From assembly GCA_963713615.1 (NCBI GenBank), contig CAVQMM010000003.1:1-51694 (forward strand): DNA of 51,694 bases, in the 5' to 3' direction. Both the position numbers and the translations under genes were made by a program. Positions 29,748 through 38,757 of this stretch are shown in pieces. This DNA is from an uncultured Chlamydiae bacterium (lineage in GTDB: Bacteria > Chlamydiota > Chlamydiia > Chlamydiales > JAJFMA01). The notes below the pieces were generated by a model, which saw only the letters and a list, made by a program, of their open reading frames with translations, was not told where the DNA came from and made no database searches. The first letter of the stretch is position 1. The number at the start of each line of letters is the position of its first letter.

Positions 29748-29822
29748 GATTTTTTTAAGCTCTTGTTGCCAAATTAATAATAAAACGTTGACAATACCAA
29801 TCTTGGACCTAAAGGAGAAAAA

Positions 29823-31130
29823 ATGTTTCGGCCGAAATTTAAGCGCACGCTCGTTAATATAGCTCTAACCCTGCTCACCTTTGCCCCCATCGTGATCGAA
29901 GGTACATTTGAAAGTATTAAAGCCGCCGGGATGGGTGGCACCGTAATGGCTCATGGCCAGGATTCGCTCTCCGCAGCGATCAACCCTGCCTTGGCTACTG
30001 AAGTGGGGCAGCGATGGGATATAGGAGTTAGTTTTCGACAGTGGAACAAGAGCTTAACGATCGATCCTCCTCGTCCAGTGCCAGAATTGCAGACGGGAAC
30101 CTTCCGTCCCTCACGCCGGCTAGATCCGTTTCCTGCTCTAGGCATAAACCTGGCACTTGATGATTGTCTTATTTTTAGCATCAGTGGCTATGTATACAAA
30201 GAGATAGATACCCGTTATAATACACAGCTAACCGACTTCTCGGGTGTGTCAATATCAGGCGCGCCTCTCGGAAATAATGCACGCATCACTTGGTGTGTGG
30301 ATACGGTTACCACAGCTTTGGCTTACCAAATCAATGACTATCACTCTCTTGGCATAGGCTTAAACTGGAATTTTGGGCATTTTCTAGCCTCTGGATTTAA
30401 TCGTATGCCCGGTGGTGTCTTTACGATAGCTCCTGGGTCTGTCACGAATAATGGCTATGACGATGCTTTTGGTGTAGGGGCTACCATAGGATGGGTAGGT
30501 CATTTCTGCGATGGTGTCACAGCTGGGCTCTCCTATACTCCCCAAACCAATATGAGCCGATTCCACAAGTACAAAGGCTTGCTGGCGGAAGGGCGCATAG
30601 ACCTCCCAGAAACCATGCGAGGGGGTATCGCTTACGATAGTGGCAATTGCTGGACCGTTGCCCTAGATGGCGAGTGGCGCCGCTATGGTCGTGTCAACTC
30701 ATTGGCAAATCCCTTTCCAGGCGATACCGACGATCCATTCGCATTTATCGGCTTGTTCGGCAACGCTAATGGTCCCGGTTTTGGCTGGAAAGATGAATGG
30801 GTGCTAAAGACGGGTGTTGAATACGCGTTCACACCATGTTTGATAGGGCGATTGGGTTATAGACACGAGTGGAATCCCCTCCGCAATCAAACGACGAATA
30901 CTGCCATGGACGTCTTCATCGTGGAAACCGTTACAGACTACATTACAGGTGGTTTCACCTACCTCTATGAAGACTTTGAGGCTTCCTTCTTTGCTGAGTG
31001 TGGGTCCAAGAGAACGCGGCATAGCTATTACCCAGAAATAAATCCACTAGACTTTGATTTCGACAGCGCAAATTTGATCTATAAATCGCGCAATTATGCC
31101 TTTGGGTTATCGCTAGGAAAGCCTTTTTGA
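29823..31130 (+). CDS. OmpP1/FadL-family outer-membrane transporter
   Basis: Signal peptide; AAGMGG...DSLSAAINPA hatch motif; amphipathic beta-strands; C-terminal Phe; AAGGAG RBS. Confidence 0.85.
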   Translation: MFRPKFKRTLVNIALTLLTFAPIVIEGTFESIKAAGMGGTVMAHGQDSLSAAINPALATEVGQRWDIGVSFRQWNKSLTIDPPRPVPELQTGTFRPSRRLDPFPALGINLALDDCLIFSISGYVYKEIDTRYNTQLTDFSGVSISGAPLGNNARITWCVDTVTTALAYQINDYHSLGIGLNWNFGHFLASGFNRMPGGVFTIAPGSVTNNGYDDAFGVGATIGWVGHFCDGVTAGLSYTPQTNMSRFHKYKGLLAEGRIDLPETMRGGIAYDSGNCWTVALDGEWRRYGRVNSLANPFPGDTDDPFAFIGLFGNANGPGFGWKDEWVLKTGVEYAFTPCLIGRLGYRHEWNPLRNQTTNTAMDVFIVETVTDYITGGFTYLYEDFEASFFAECGSKRTRHSYYPEINPLDFDFDSANLIYKSRNYAFGLSLGKPF

Positions 31131-31182
31131 GGAAAGGTCCTAAACCAGTAGAAGTTTTTTTTATTAAAATAAATTGTTTGGC

Positions 31183-31211
31183 TTGTCAAAAATAGGCTGA
31201 GCAAGTACAGT
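31183..31211 (+). promoter_or_regulatory. Sigma70/sigma66-type promoter of the tRNA pair
   Basis: TTGTCA-N17-TACAGT with an AT-rich upstream tract. Confidence 0.65.
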
Positions 31212-31227
31212 AGTGGCGTTTTAGGGA

Positions 31228-31300
31228 GGGCGTATAGCTCAGTTGGTAGAGCGCCTGTCTTACACACAGGTGGTCATAGGTTCGAGTCCTGTTGCGCCCA
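31228..31300 (+). tRNA. tRNA-Val (TAC)
   Basis: Acceptor stem GGGCGTA/TGCGCCC; anticodon arm CCTGT-CTTACAC-ACAGG; T-loop GGTTCGAGTCC; CCA not encoded. Confidence 0.96.
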
Positions 31301-31307
31301 AGACTTT

Positions 31308-31381
31308 GCGGGAGTAGTTCAATTGGTTAGAGCACCGGCCTGTCACGCCGGAAGTTGCGGGTTCAAGCCCCGTCTCCCGCG
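31308..31381 (+). tRNA. tRNA-Asp (GTC)
   Basis: Acceptor stem GCGGGAG/CTCCCGC; anticodon arm CCGGC-CTGTCAC-GCCGG; T-loop GGTTCAAGCCC. Confidence 0.96.
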
Positions 31382-31513
31382 TCCTTGTTTTCAGCCTATA
31401 GGACGCACGCTTCAGATCGATCACCACTGACTTATCCACCTATACCGATTGTTGTTACTAGGCTGTACAAAGTTCAAGGCCTCCAGTAATTTTAATCACG
31501 GTTTAGGTATTTC

Positions 31514-32455
31514 ATGATAGCCACACCACATGTCCCGCATCCGAAGTCATTCTTCACCGAAGTGGTGTACTTCATGTGGATCTTCGTCGGAGCTCTTCTC
31601 GCAGCTTTCGCCATCGAAGTCTTTCTAATTCCTAATCAGTTGATCGACGGTGGGATTGTGGGTATCGCCATGATCGGCGGTAAAATCTTCGGCAACTCCT
31701 GGATTCCTGCTTTCCTCGTCGTGCTAAATCTTCCTTTTCTCGTTCTGGCCTATCGTTTCATCGGCAAATCTTCGGTACTGCACATGCTTACGGCTGTAGT
31801 CATCTTTGCCGGAGGTATGGTGTTTATGGAAAAGGTCTGGCACCTACCCTTCCATGGCGATATCTTAGAAGTCGTTGTCATTGGTGGTGCCCTGCTAGGC
31901 TGTGGAATCGGGATGATTATTCGAGCCGGTGGATGCCTCGACGGGACTGAAATTCTAGGCATCATCGTCAATAAACGTACAGGCTTTACGGTTGGACAGA
32001 CGGTCCTGGTATGCAATATTTTCATCTTCGGTGCTGCGGGTATTGTCTTTCAAGATTGGCACCCCCCCATGCTATCGCTTATCACTTACATGGTTGCCAT
32101 CAAAGTCATGGATACCGTCATCGTAGGCTTAGATGAAACAAAGTCTGTCTTGATCATCTCGAGAAAATCCAAGGAAATTACTTCTGCAATTGTCCATGAA
32201 CTTGGCCTCGGCCTTACAATTATGTATGGACGCGGAGGCTTTTCCGGCGATGAGCGCGAGATTCTATATGTCATCGTAGAACGTCTGCAGCTTGCCGAGC
32301 TGAAGGAGCTTATTCACCGTGAAGATCCTAGAGCGTTCGTAGCCGTAGAGAACCTCCATGAGGTTGCTAATGGCAATCAAGGTAACAATCGCTTACGCGT
32401 GGGATCAGGCATCGATAAGTTGGTATCCCCATTGTTCCAAAAAAGACATCCATGA
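31514..32455 (+). CDS. YitT-family membrane protein (with C-terminal DUF2179)
   Basis: LIDGGIVGIA, NLPF, GGCLDGTEI, GRGGFSG and DPRAF motifs. Confidence 0.9.
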   Translation: MIATPHVPHPKSFFTEVVYFMWIFVGALLAAFAIEVFLIPNQLIDGGIVGIAMIGGKIFGNSWIPAFLVVLNLPFLVLAYRFIGKSSVLHMLTAVVIFAGGMVFMEKVWHLPFHGDILEVVVIGGALLGCGIGMIIRAGGCLDGTEILGIIVNKRTGFTVGQTVLVCNIFIFGAAGIVFQDWHPPMLSLITYMVAIKVMDTVIVGLDETKSVLIISRKSKEITSAIVHELGLGLTIMYGRGGFSGDEREILYVIVERLQLAELKELIHREDPRAFVAVENLHEVANGNQGNNRLRVGSGIDKLVSPLFQKRHP

Positions 32456-33411
32456 ATGGTCCGCAAGACATTTCGTTCGAAGAGCTGCGCGAACAAGCTC
32501 TAGCCCTCGGATGGGATGATGTTGGCGTCACGACTCCTCAGATACCTGAAGATGATATCACAGCATACCGTGAATGGATAGCAGATGGCCTTCATGCAGA
32601 CCTAGCCTATATGGAGAATGATCTCCGCTGCTATCCTGATCGATTGCTCCCTGGGGCCAAGACAGCTGTCATTTTCGTCACTTACTACAAGCAGGAACAG
32701 CTTCCCTTTCGTTCCGATGCCGGTGTGGTGGCATCCTATGCAAGAGGTCGCGATTACCATAATGTTCACCATAGCCGTCTGAAAAAAATGATTCGCTGGC
32801 TCGAGGAACGCACAGGCCTTCAAGACATTGCAAGGGGTTTTAGTGACTCCAAACCCCTTCTGGAAAAAGCCCTAGCGGTTCGTGCTGGGCTGGGATGGTT
32901 TGGGAAGAATACGTTGCTGATTCACCGACGCTTCGGCACATTCACGCTACTTTCAGGACTTCTGACGACTCTAGAGCTGCATTATGCCAAGGTGGTTGAT
33001 GAGCGCCTACCGCGCTGTGGGGTTTGCACGCGTTGCCTGGATGCGTGTCCTACCCAGGCATTAGTAACGCCCTATAAGCTAGATGCTAACCGCTGTCTTT
33101 CCTATCACCTCATCGAATCCAAAGGGCCTATTCCAGAGGATATCCAAGAAAAAAATCCGGGATATGCCTTTGGCTGCGATATCTGCCAAGATGTCTGTCC
33201 TCACAACCAGCGTAAAGCGGTATCTGAAAATATGGACTTCACGTCTACACAGGGGATTGGGGGATACTTGACCCCGCAGACCGTTGAAGCAATAGAAGCA
33301 AACCCTGAGGAGCTATTCGGCACGCCATTAAAGCGGCGTGGTGCCAAGGGCCTACGCTATACCCTCGATACACTGATGCTCTTGAATGGACTAAACGACG
33401 AAAAGAGGTAA
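32452..33411 (+). CDS. queG: Epoxyqueuosine reductase QueG
   Basis: YARGRDYH, GLGWFGKN, CGVCTRCLDACPT, RCLSY and GCDICQDVCP motifs. Confidence 0.94.
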   Translation: MNGPQDISFEELREQALALGWDDVGVTTPQIPEDDITAYREWIADGLHADLAYMENDLRCYPDRLLPGAKTAVIFVTYYKQEQLPFRSDAGVVASYARGRDYHNVHHSRLKKMIRWLEERTGLQDIARGFSDSKPLLEKALAVRAGLGWFGKNTLLIHRRFGTFTLLSGLLTTLELHYAKVVDERLPRCGVCTRCLDACPTQALVTPYKLDANRCLSYHLIESKGPIPEDIQEKNPGYAFGCDICQDVCPHNQRKAVSENMDFTSTQGIGGYLTPQTVEAIEANPEELFGTPLKRRGAKGLRYTLDTLMLLNGLNDEKR

Positions 33412-34157
33412 TTGCAAAATTATTTGAGCCCTTGAGAATCGATTCTCGGGAAAAAAGGTTACCTTTTTTTGTGAGAAGGCGATTCTAGAGAGCTTAAGTG
33501 GTATGGCACTATCCAGTCTGTAAAGACAGGCTTTTCTCCCTTCCCAGGCCCGAAGGGTCGATATTGCAACAGGCCATGGCATCGCCATGGTATATGCCAG
33601 GAAGGGATTTCGCAGTCTGAAGGACTGCTACAAGACGCCAGTTTACAAACACCATTTATGCATGCGCTTTATGGCAGCCCTACAGGCTGCTAAAACCGTT
33701 TTGCCATATACCATGGCGATGCCACATAGGCCTCAACCTAAGCCTAACAATCGTATCTCGGCGCGCAGCGCTTTGGAGTGCGGTCGCTTGCGACCGCTTT
33801 GGGTTCCTTGCGACGGTCGTGTGCAACGGCATTACTATAATTCCCTAAGGGTAAAATAGTTAGTACATGCAGCCTTCGACGAATCCATACAATGCCGTTT
33901 AGCATTGCCGTCCCAAGGAACGAAAAGCGGTCGCAAGCGACCGCACTCCAAAGCGCTGCGCGCCGAGATACGATTGTGAAGTCCTAAGTCATTGAGATAT
34001 AAGCTCAAAAGACCTGTTAGGTTGAGGCCTATGTGGCGATGCCATGGCCTGTTGCAATATCGACCCTTCGGGCCTGGGAAGGGAATGACTCTCTCTTCAC
34101 CGGCATCCGATTTTCAGGAAATTGACTTCGGAGAATCGGACTTCTGCAATTACCTCT
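33404..34157. mobile_element. 754-bp nested compound element (family D), copy 2, carrying an extra REPIN cassette
   Basis: Same TIR and body as 12027-12449, plus an insert bounded by the direct repeat TGGCGATGCCA (33714-33724 and 34034-34044); supplies the queG stop codon. Confidence 0.85.
33747..33977. repeat. REPIN-like inverted pair (family C)
   Basis: Perfect 54-bp arms at 33747-33800 and 33924-33977 containing GGAGT-GCGGTCGC-TT-GCGACCGC. Confidence 0.88.
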
Positions 34158-34175
34158 TTTCGTCACTTTGGTCTT

Positions 34176-34799
34176 TTAGTCCATGGGGATGCATGACTGC
34201 TCCACGAGCGTCTCAACACCCCAGCGAGGATATAGCTTAGCGTCGATTCCCAAGGAATCCAACGCCCGTCCTACAATGAAATTCTCGACATCACGAAGCG
34301 ATTGTGGGCGTGTATACCAAGCCGGAAGTGGAGGAAGAATGATCCCTCCAGCACGAGTGACTCTCAGCATATTTTCAAGATGAATCTCCGACAACGGGGT
34401 TTCTCGTGGCACAATAACCAACCGACGGCGCTCTTTGAACATCACATCAGCAGCACGACGGATCAGGTTATCTGCTAGGCCAAGCGCAATTCCTGCCAAT
34501 GTGGCCATGCTACAGGGAATCACAATCATGCCATCTACTGGGTAGGATCCACTTGCTATCGGAGCTGTGAAATCACCGATCTTATAAACCGAAATGTTCT
34601 CTTGCTGATGTGGGGAAAAAGAAGACACAAAGCGATCGCTCGAAGCAAACTCTGCACCCATTTCCTCATGAGCCGTTATCAAAGCGGCTCTTGATAAAAT
34701 AAGATGGACACGATGTCCAAGGTGCGTCAATACATCTACTGTACGGTGGCCTAGAACGATACCTGACGCCCCCGTTATGCCTACAATGATTTCTGCCAT
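34176..34799 (-). CDS. ubiX: Flavin prenyltransferase UbiX
   Basis: VGITGASG, APIASGS, PCSMATL, NLIRRAADV, PRETPL and HLENM motifs. Confidence 0.95.
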   Translation of the reverse strand: MAEIIVGITGASGIVLGHRTVDVLTHLGHRVHLILSRAALITAHEEMGAEFASSDRFVSSFSPHQQENISVYKIGDFTAPIASGSYPVDGMIVIPCSMATLAGIALGLADNLIRRAADVMFKERRRLVIVPRETPLSEIHLENMLRVTRAGGIILPPLPAWYTRPQSLRDVENFIVGRALDSLGIDAKLYPRWGVETLVEQSCIPMD

Positions 34800-35653
34800 A
34801 TCACTGCCCCCACACTAAACAACATCAGAAGCCCCCCGACCCAGACATTGCAGCGAAACATAAATGCCGTAGCATCTCCGTCTTTATCATAACGTCGGTG
34901 CAGGTAAAATAGGACTCCCGCAATGATGAGCACACCCAAATAAAACACGGCGGCTAGATCCAACAGCATCGCTAGATCAATGATCATTAGCAAAAAAAGG
35001 GCATGCAATCCTTGCGTCAACCATAATGCTCGCTCTGGTCCCAGCGCAGTGGCAACGCTATGTAGCCTATGCGAGCGGTCGAAACTAAGATCCTGAATGC
35101 CATAGACGATATCGTTAGCCGTTACCAAGCAGAGGATTGCCCCACCCAAATAGAGCGCTGGTATGCCAATGGCACCTGTCAGGGCAGCCCAGACAAAGAT
35201 GGGAATGAAAAAATGGTTTAGAGCCATAACCACATGACAAAGTGGTGTAATCCGTTTTAGGTATGAGTAACCCCATAGCAGCGCCACAAGAATAGGCGCG
35301 AGTGCCAAACAGGTTAGGTTAATCGCACCGCAAGCCACTACAAAGACGGCCACACTGCCCCAGGCAACACATGTCACCTGCTGCCGCGTCACTTCTCCCT
35401 TGGGCAGAACTCGGTCGCGTGTCCGTGGATTAAGCGCATCAAAGGACTGATCGATGAGCCTGTTGAAAGACATGCCAGCAATTCGAGCTGCAATAAACGC
35501 TATCGTCATCCACAAACCCAACCACACCCAAGATTGACCAGCAGGCGCCATAAGAGGATCAGCCAACGCCATCGCCACACTGGTTATCAACCAAGGTAGA
35601 CCAAACAGCGTGTTTGGTAGGACGATTAACTGTTGAAAAGATGTCCATCTCAT
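34781..35653 (-). CDS. ubiA: UbiA-family prenyltransferase (MqnP-like, menaquinone pathway)
   Basis: ARIAGMSFNRLIDQSFDALNPRTRDR, YSYLKR and DIVYGIQD motifs; multiple TM helices. Confidence 0.88.
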   Translation of the reverse strand: MRWTSFQQLIVLPNTLFGLPWLITSVAMALADPLMAPAGQSWVWLGLWMTIAFIAARIAGMSFNRLIDQSFDALNPRTRDRVLPKGEVTRQQVTCVAWGSVAVFVVACGAINLTCLALAPILVALLWGYSYLKRITPLCHVVMALNHFFIPIFVWAALTGAIGIPALYLGGAILCLVTANDIVYGIQDLSFDRSHRLHSVATALGPERALWLTQGLHALFLLMIIDLAMLLDLAAVFYLGVLIIAGVLFYLHRRYDKDGDATAFMFRCNVWVGGLLMLFSVGAVIWQKSL

Positions 35654-35710
35654 AATAGGAAGAGCTTACCACACCAGCACTCAAACGACAATATGGATAA
35701 GCGAAATCTG

Positions 35711-35810
35711 TGTGGCGCAGTCATTCCATGACTGCGGTTGGAGCGCAAACCTAATTCCCTGGAATGATGGTGAGGGTGTGTTTTGCAAGCGTCCTCGCAG
35801 TCATGGAATG
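35711..35810. repeat. REPIN-like pair (family B) with a truncated right arm
   Basis: TGTGGCGCAGTCATTCCATGACTGCG at 35711-35736 and CGCAGTCATGGAATG at 35796-35810; the spacer is unrelated to that at 7169-7246. Confidence 0.78.
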
Positions 35811-35836
35811 CATAGTGTTGCACGCATCTTTTTTTT

Positions 35837-35996
35837 GGCCTTATTCACCTTTGCGGTCAGTTTTCGGTCGACTGCAAAAGGATCGTCTGTCGCGTTTTGC
35901 TCCTCGGACATAGCTGGCGCTATGCCCTCGTCACAAACCACGACATCCGACCTTTTTCGTCCGACCGAAATTCTGACCGTAAAGGTGAACAATGCC
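35837..35996 (-). mobile_element. 160-bp MITE (family A), copy 4, inverted
   Basis: One substitution near the end (AATGCC); T8 TSD on both sides. Confidence 0.92.
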
Positions 35997-36183
35997 TTTT
36001 TTTTGACTCACAATCGTATCTCGGCGGTAAAAACCCTAATTCCTCTCTTCTCATTTTCTCTATCTCCAGGCACTATTAGTAAAATAAGCATAACAAGAAT
36101 CTATTGCACTAAAATACATTTAGCGATTATCGTTAAATACGAGTGTTAAATAAAAGTCACAGATTTCCATAGACAACCTCTGT

Positions 36184-36221
36184 CGGGCATTAGGGTTCTC
36201 CTAGTGTCCGGCTTTTCTTTT
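36184..36221. terminator. Hairpin just downstream of accC
   Basis: CGGGCATTAGG-GTTCT-CCTAGTGTCCG stem; T-tract only on the + side. Confidence 0.45.
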
Positions 36222-36222
36222 A

Positions 36223-37626
36223 TTAGGCACCGGAGATTTCGCTGGGCACGGGTTGATCTCTTCGGGCTGCAGCATCAAACGTACACCCGTCACTAACCAG
36301 CTGATCGATATAACCCAAGTCGTAGCGACTAGCGAGAAAGTTTGGATCCTCAAGCATATAGAGATGGAAGGCTATAGTGGAATGGACACCGCCAATGTGA
36401 AATTCGCGCAAGGCCCTTTTTGCAGTACGAATGGCTTCGTCGCGGTCTTTACCCCTAACAATCAGCTTGGCAATCATGGAGTCGTAGTTAGGGGGAATGT
36501 GATATCCGCTGTAACAGGCACTATCTACTCTAACATGGGGTCCGCCTGGCGGCAGGTAGTATTCCAAGCGTCCAGGTGAAGGAGCAAAGTTGTGTGCAGG
36601 ATTCTCGGCGTTGATTCGGAACTGGATAATATGTCCGCTAAAATCGATATCTTCCTGACGAACAGTGAGGGGCTCACCCTGAGCAATGCGCAGCTGCTCG
36701 CGAACTAAATCGATCCCAGTAAACTCCTCAGTAACGGTGTGTTCTACCTGGATGCGTGTATTCACCTCCATAAAATAGAAATTTTGGTCGCTATCAAGCA
36801 AGAATTCCACAGTGCCTGCGGAGTAGTAGCCTGCGGCTTTGACAATACGGACAGCCGCTTGCCCCATCTGCTCGCGTAATTTTGCAGGAAGCACAGGACT
36901 GGGGGCTTCTTCAATCAGCTTTTGACGTCTGCGCTGAATCGTGCAGTCACGTTCTCCCAAATGGACATAGTTACCGTGCTTATCGCCGAGGATCTGAATT
37001 TCGATGTGTCGAGGGTTCAGGATCATTCTTTCCAGGTAAACATTGGGATTGCCAAAACTTACCTCAGCTTCCGCACGAGCTGCAGCAAAGAAGCGCTTAA
37101 ACTCATCTTTATTGTGAGCAATACGAATTCCTTTGCCACCACCACCAGCCACAGCCTTGATGAATATGGGAAAACCTAACGCGTCTGCTTCCTTTAAGGC
37201 ATCCTCAAGCGTCTCTACTATGCCATCAGAACCAGGAATTGTCGGACACTTTACGCTCTTAGCCATGGCCTTAGCGCGAGCTTTATCTCCGAGGTCTGCA
37301 ATAGACTTCGGCGAAGGACCAATAAAATTGATACCGCAGCTCTCACAGATGGATGCAAAATTATGATTCTCAGCTAAAAAACCATACCCGGGATGAATGG
37401 CATCAGCGCCAGTGATTTCACAAGCCGAAAGGATATTAGGGATTTTCAGGTAGGATTTATGTGCCGGAGGCTCCCCAATGCATACAGCCTCATCAGCATG
37501 CAAAACATGCAAGGCCTCAGCGTCTGCCTGACTGTAGATGCCTACAGTCTGCAAACCTAAGTCATGGCAGGCACGAATGATCCTAACGGCAATTTCGCCG
37601 CGGTTAGCAACTAAAACTTTCTGCAT
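36223..37626 (-). CDS. accC: Acetyl-CoA carboxylase, biotin carboxylase subunit
   Basis: VLVANRGEIA, HPGYGFLAE, GGGGKG, ERDCTIQRRRQK, EVNTRIQVEH and YDSMIAK motifs. Confidence 0.97.
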   Translation of the reverse strand: MQKVLVANRGEIAVRIIRACHDLGLQTVGIYSQADAEALHVLHADEAVCIGEPPAHKSYLKIPNILSACEITGADAIHPGYGFLAENHNFASICESCGINFIGPSPKSIADLGDKARAKAMAKSVKCPTIPGSDGIVETLEDALKEADALGFPIFIKAVAGGGGKGIRIAHNKDEFKRFFAAARAEAEVSFGNPNVYLERMILNPRHIEIQILGDKHGNYVHLGERDCTIQRRRQKLIEEAPSPVLPAKLREQMGQAAVRIVKAAGYYSAGTVEFLLDSDQNFYFMEVNTRIQVEHTVTEEFTGIDLVREQLRIAQGEPLTVRQEDIDFSGHIIQFRINAENPAHNFAPSPGRLEYYLPPGGPHVRVDSACYSGYHIPPNYDSMIAKLIVRGKDRDEAIRTAKRALREFHIGGVHSTIAFHLYMLEDPNFLASRYDLGYIDQLVSDGCTFDAAARRDQPVPSEISGA

Positions 37627-37628
37627 GT

Positions 37629-38147
37629 TTAATCTGTATTGATACGGAACAACTTGCTACCGAATTCAATGGGTTGCCCACTTTCAACCATCATTTCGAC
37701 GACAACACCCTTCATCCCGGCCTTTACTTCATTCATCACCTTCATAGCCTCGATGATGCATACAATGGTATCTGCCTCAATGCGATCTCCAACCTTTACA
37801 AAGGAGGGATCTTCAGGAGATGGTGAAGAGTAGAATGTTCCGACCATCGGCGATGTAATGAAGTCATCAGCTAACCCCACAACGGCGCCTTTGGCATCCG
37901 CTTCGGCGATGCTTTCCTCATCGGCGACGCGTTGAACACGCTTCATAAAAGCTTGTGATCGGTGGTGCTCAATATCGCTACGCAAGGGGTTTTCTTCGCC
38001 AGAGTCAATGCCCTGATCGATATACCGCGAACTGCCAAGCGTCTCGCGCTCCAACTCCAGCTCTACACCTTCGCGCTTGAGAACAAGCCTCTTGATGCCT
38101 GTACGGCCCATAGCCGCCATAAGGTCTTTAATCTGCTTAGCCTCCAC
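37629..38147 (-). CDS. accB: Biotin carboxyl carrier protein
   Basis: SPMVGTFY and EAMKVMNE motifs; GTG start. Confidence 0.96.
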   Translation of the reverse strand: MEAKQIKDLMAAMGRTGIKRLVLKREGVELELERETLGSSRYIDQGIDSGEENPLRSDIEHHRSQAFMKRVQRVADEESIAEADAKGAVVGLADDFITSPMVGTFYSSPSPEDPSFVKVGDRIEADTIVCIIEAMKVMNEVKAGMKGVVVEMMVESGQPIEFGSKLFRINTD

Positions 38148-38192
38148 GCCGACAGACTCCCAATGTCAAATGGTTAAAATTGGACGCATAGA

Positions 38193-38741
38193 TTATACCC
38201 GCTGTATGTATTCGTCGGTCTTGGTATCTACCTTGATCACGTCACCAGCTTCCACAAATGGCGGAACCTCGATCCGTGCTCCGGTTTCCAAAATGGCCAT
38301 TTTAGCGTTGTTGGCACTATTCTCACCGAATTCAGTCTTCGTAACCATCAACTCCAGAAACTGGGGCAATTCAATAGTGAATACCGTGTCCCCATAGAAT
38401 GAAGCTTTTAGTTGAACACCTTCCTTAAGGTATTGTGCACTACCACCAACGACGTCTGGGGGTACAAGAACTTGTTCAAGGTTGCCCAAATCGAGAAAAA
38501 GATAGCTCTTTCCTTCAAGGTATAAAAACTCCAGCGCACGCTCTTCTAAGGCGACATCAGCAATAGCCTGATTAAGCTTGAAGTTGCGCTCCGATACCTT
38601 GCCACTAGCCATGTCCTTGAGCTTAGTCTTGATGAATGGCGTCCCCTTAGGAACAGTCACTCGGACGCTTGTCTCAACACGGTATAACTTACCACTGATG
38701 TTGAGAACCATTCCCGGCGAAATTTGATTTGTTGTTGTCAT
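38193..38741 (-). CDS. efp: Elongation factor P family protein (divergent chlamydial paralog)
   Basis: KMAILETGARIEVPPFVEAGDVIKVDT...YIQRV; tip loop VPKG instead of PGKG. Confidence 0.9.
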   Translation of the reverse strand: MTTTNQISPGMVLNISGKLYRVETSVRVTVPKGTPFIKTKLKDMASGKVSERNFKLNQAIADVALEERALEFLYLEGKSYLFLDLGNLEQVLVPPDVVGGSAQYLKEGVQLKASFYGDTVFTIELPQFLELMVTKTEFGENSANNAKMAILETGARIEVPPFVEAGDVIKVDTKTDEYIQRV

Positions 38742-38757
38742 AACTGAGATCCTATTC

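Noticed and set aside
31228..31381. tRNA-anchored integrative element
   Set aside because: No integrase and no duplicated tRNA 3' end seen in the window
31432..31440. DnaA-box-like TTATCCACC
   Set aside because: Single 8/9 match with no cluster or unwinding element
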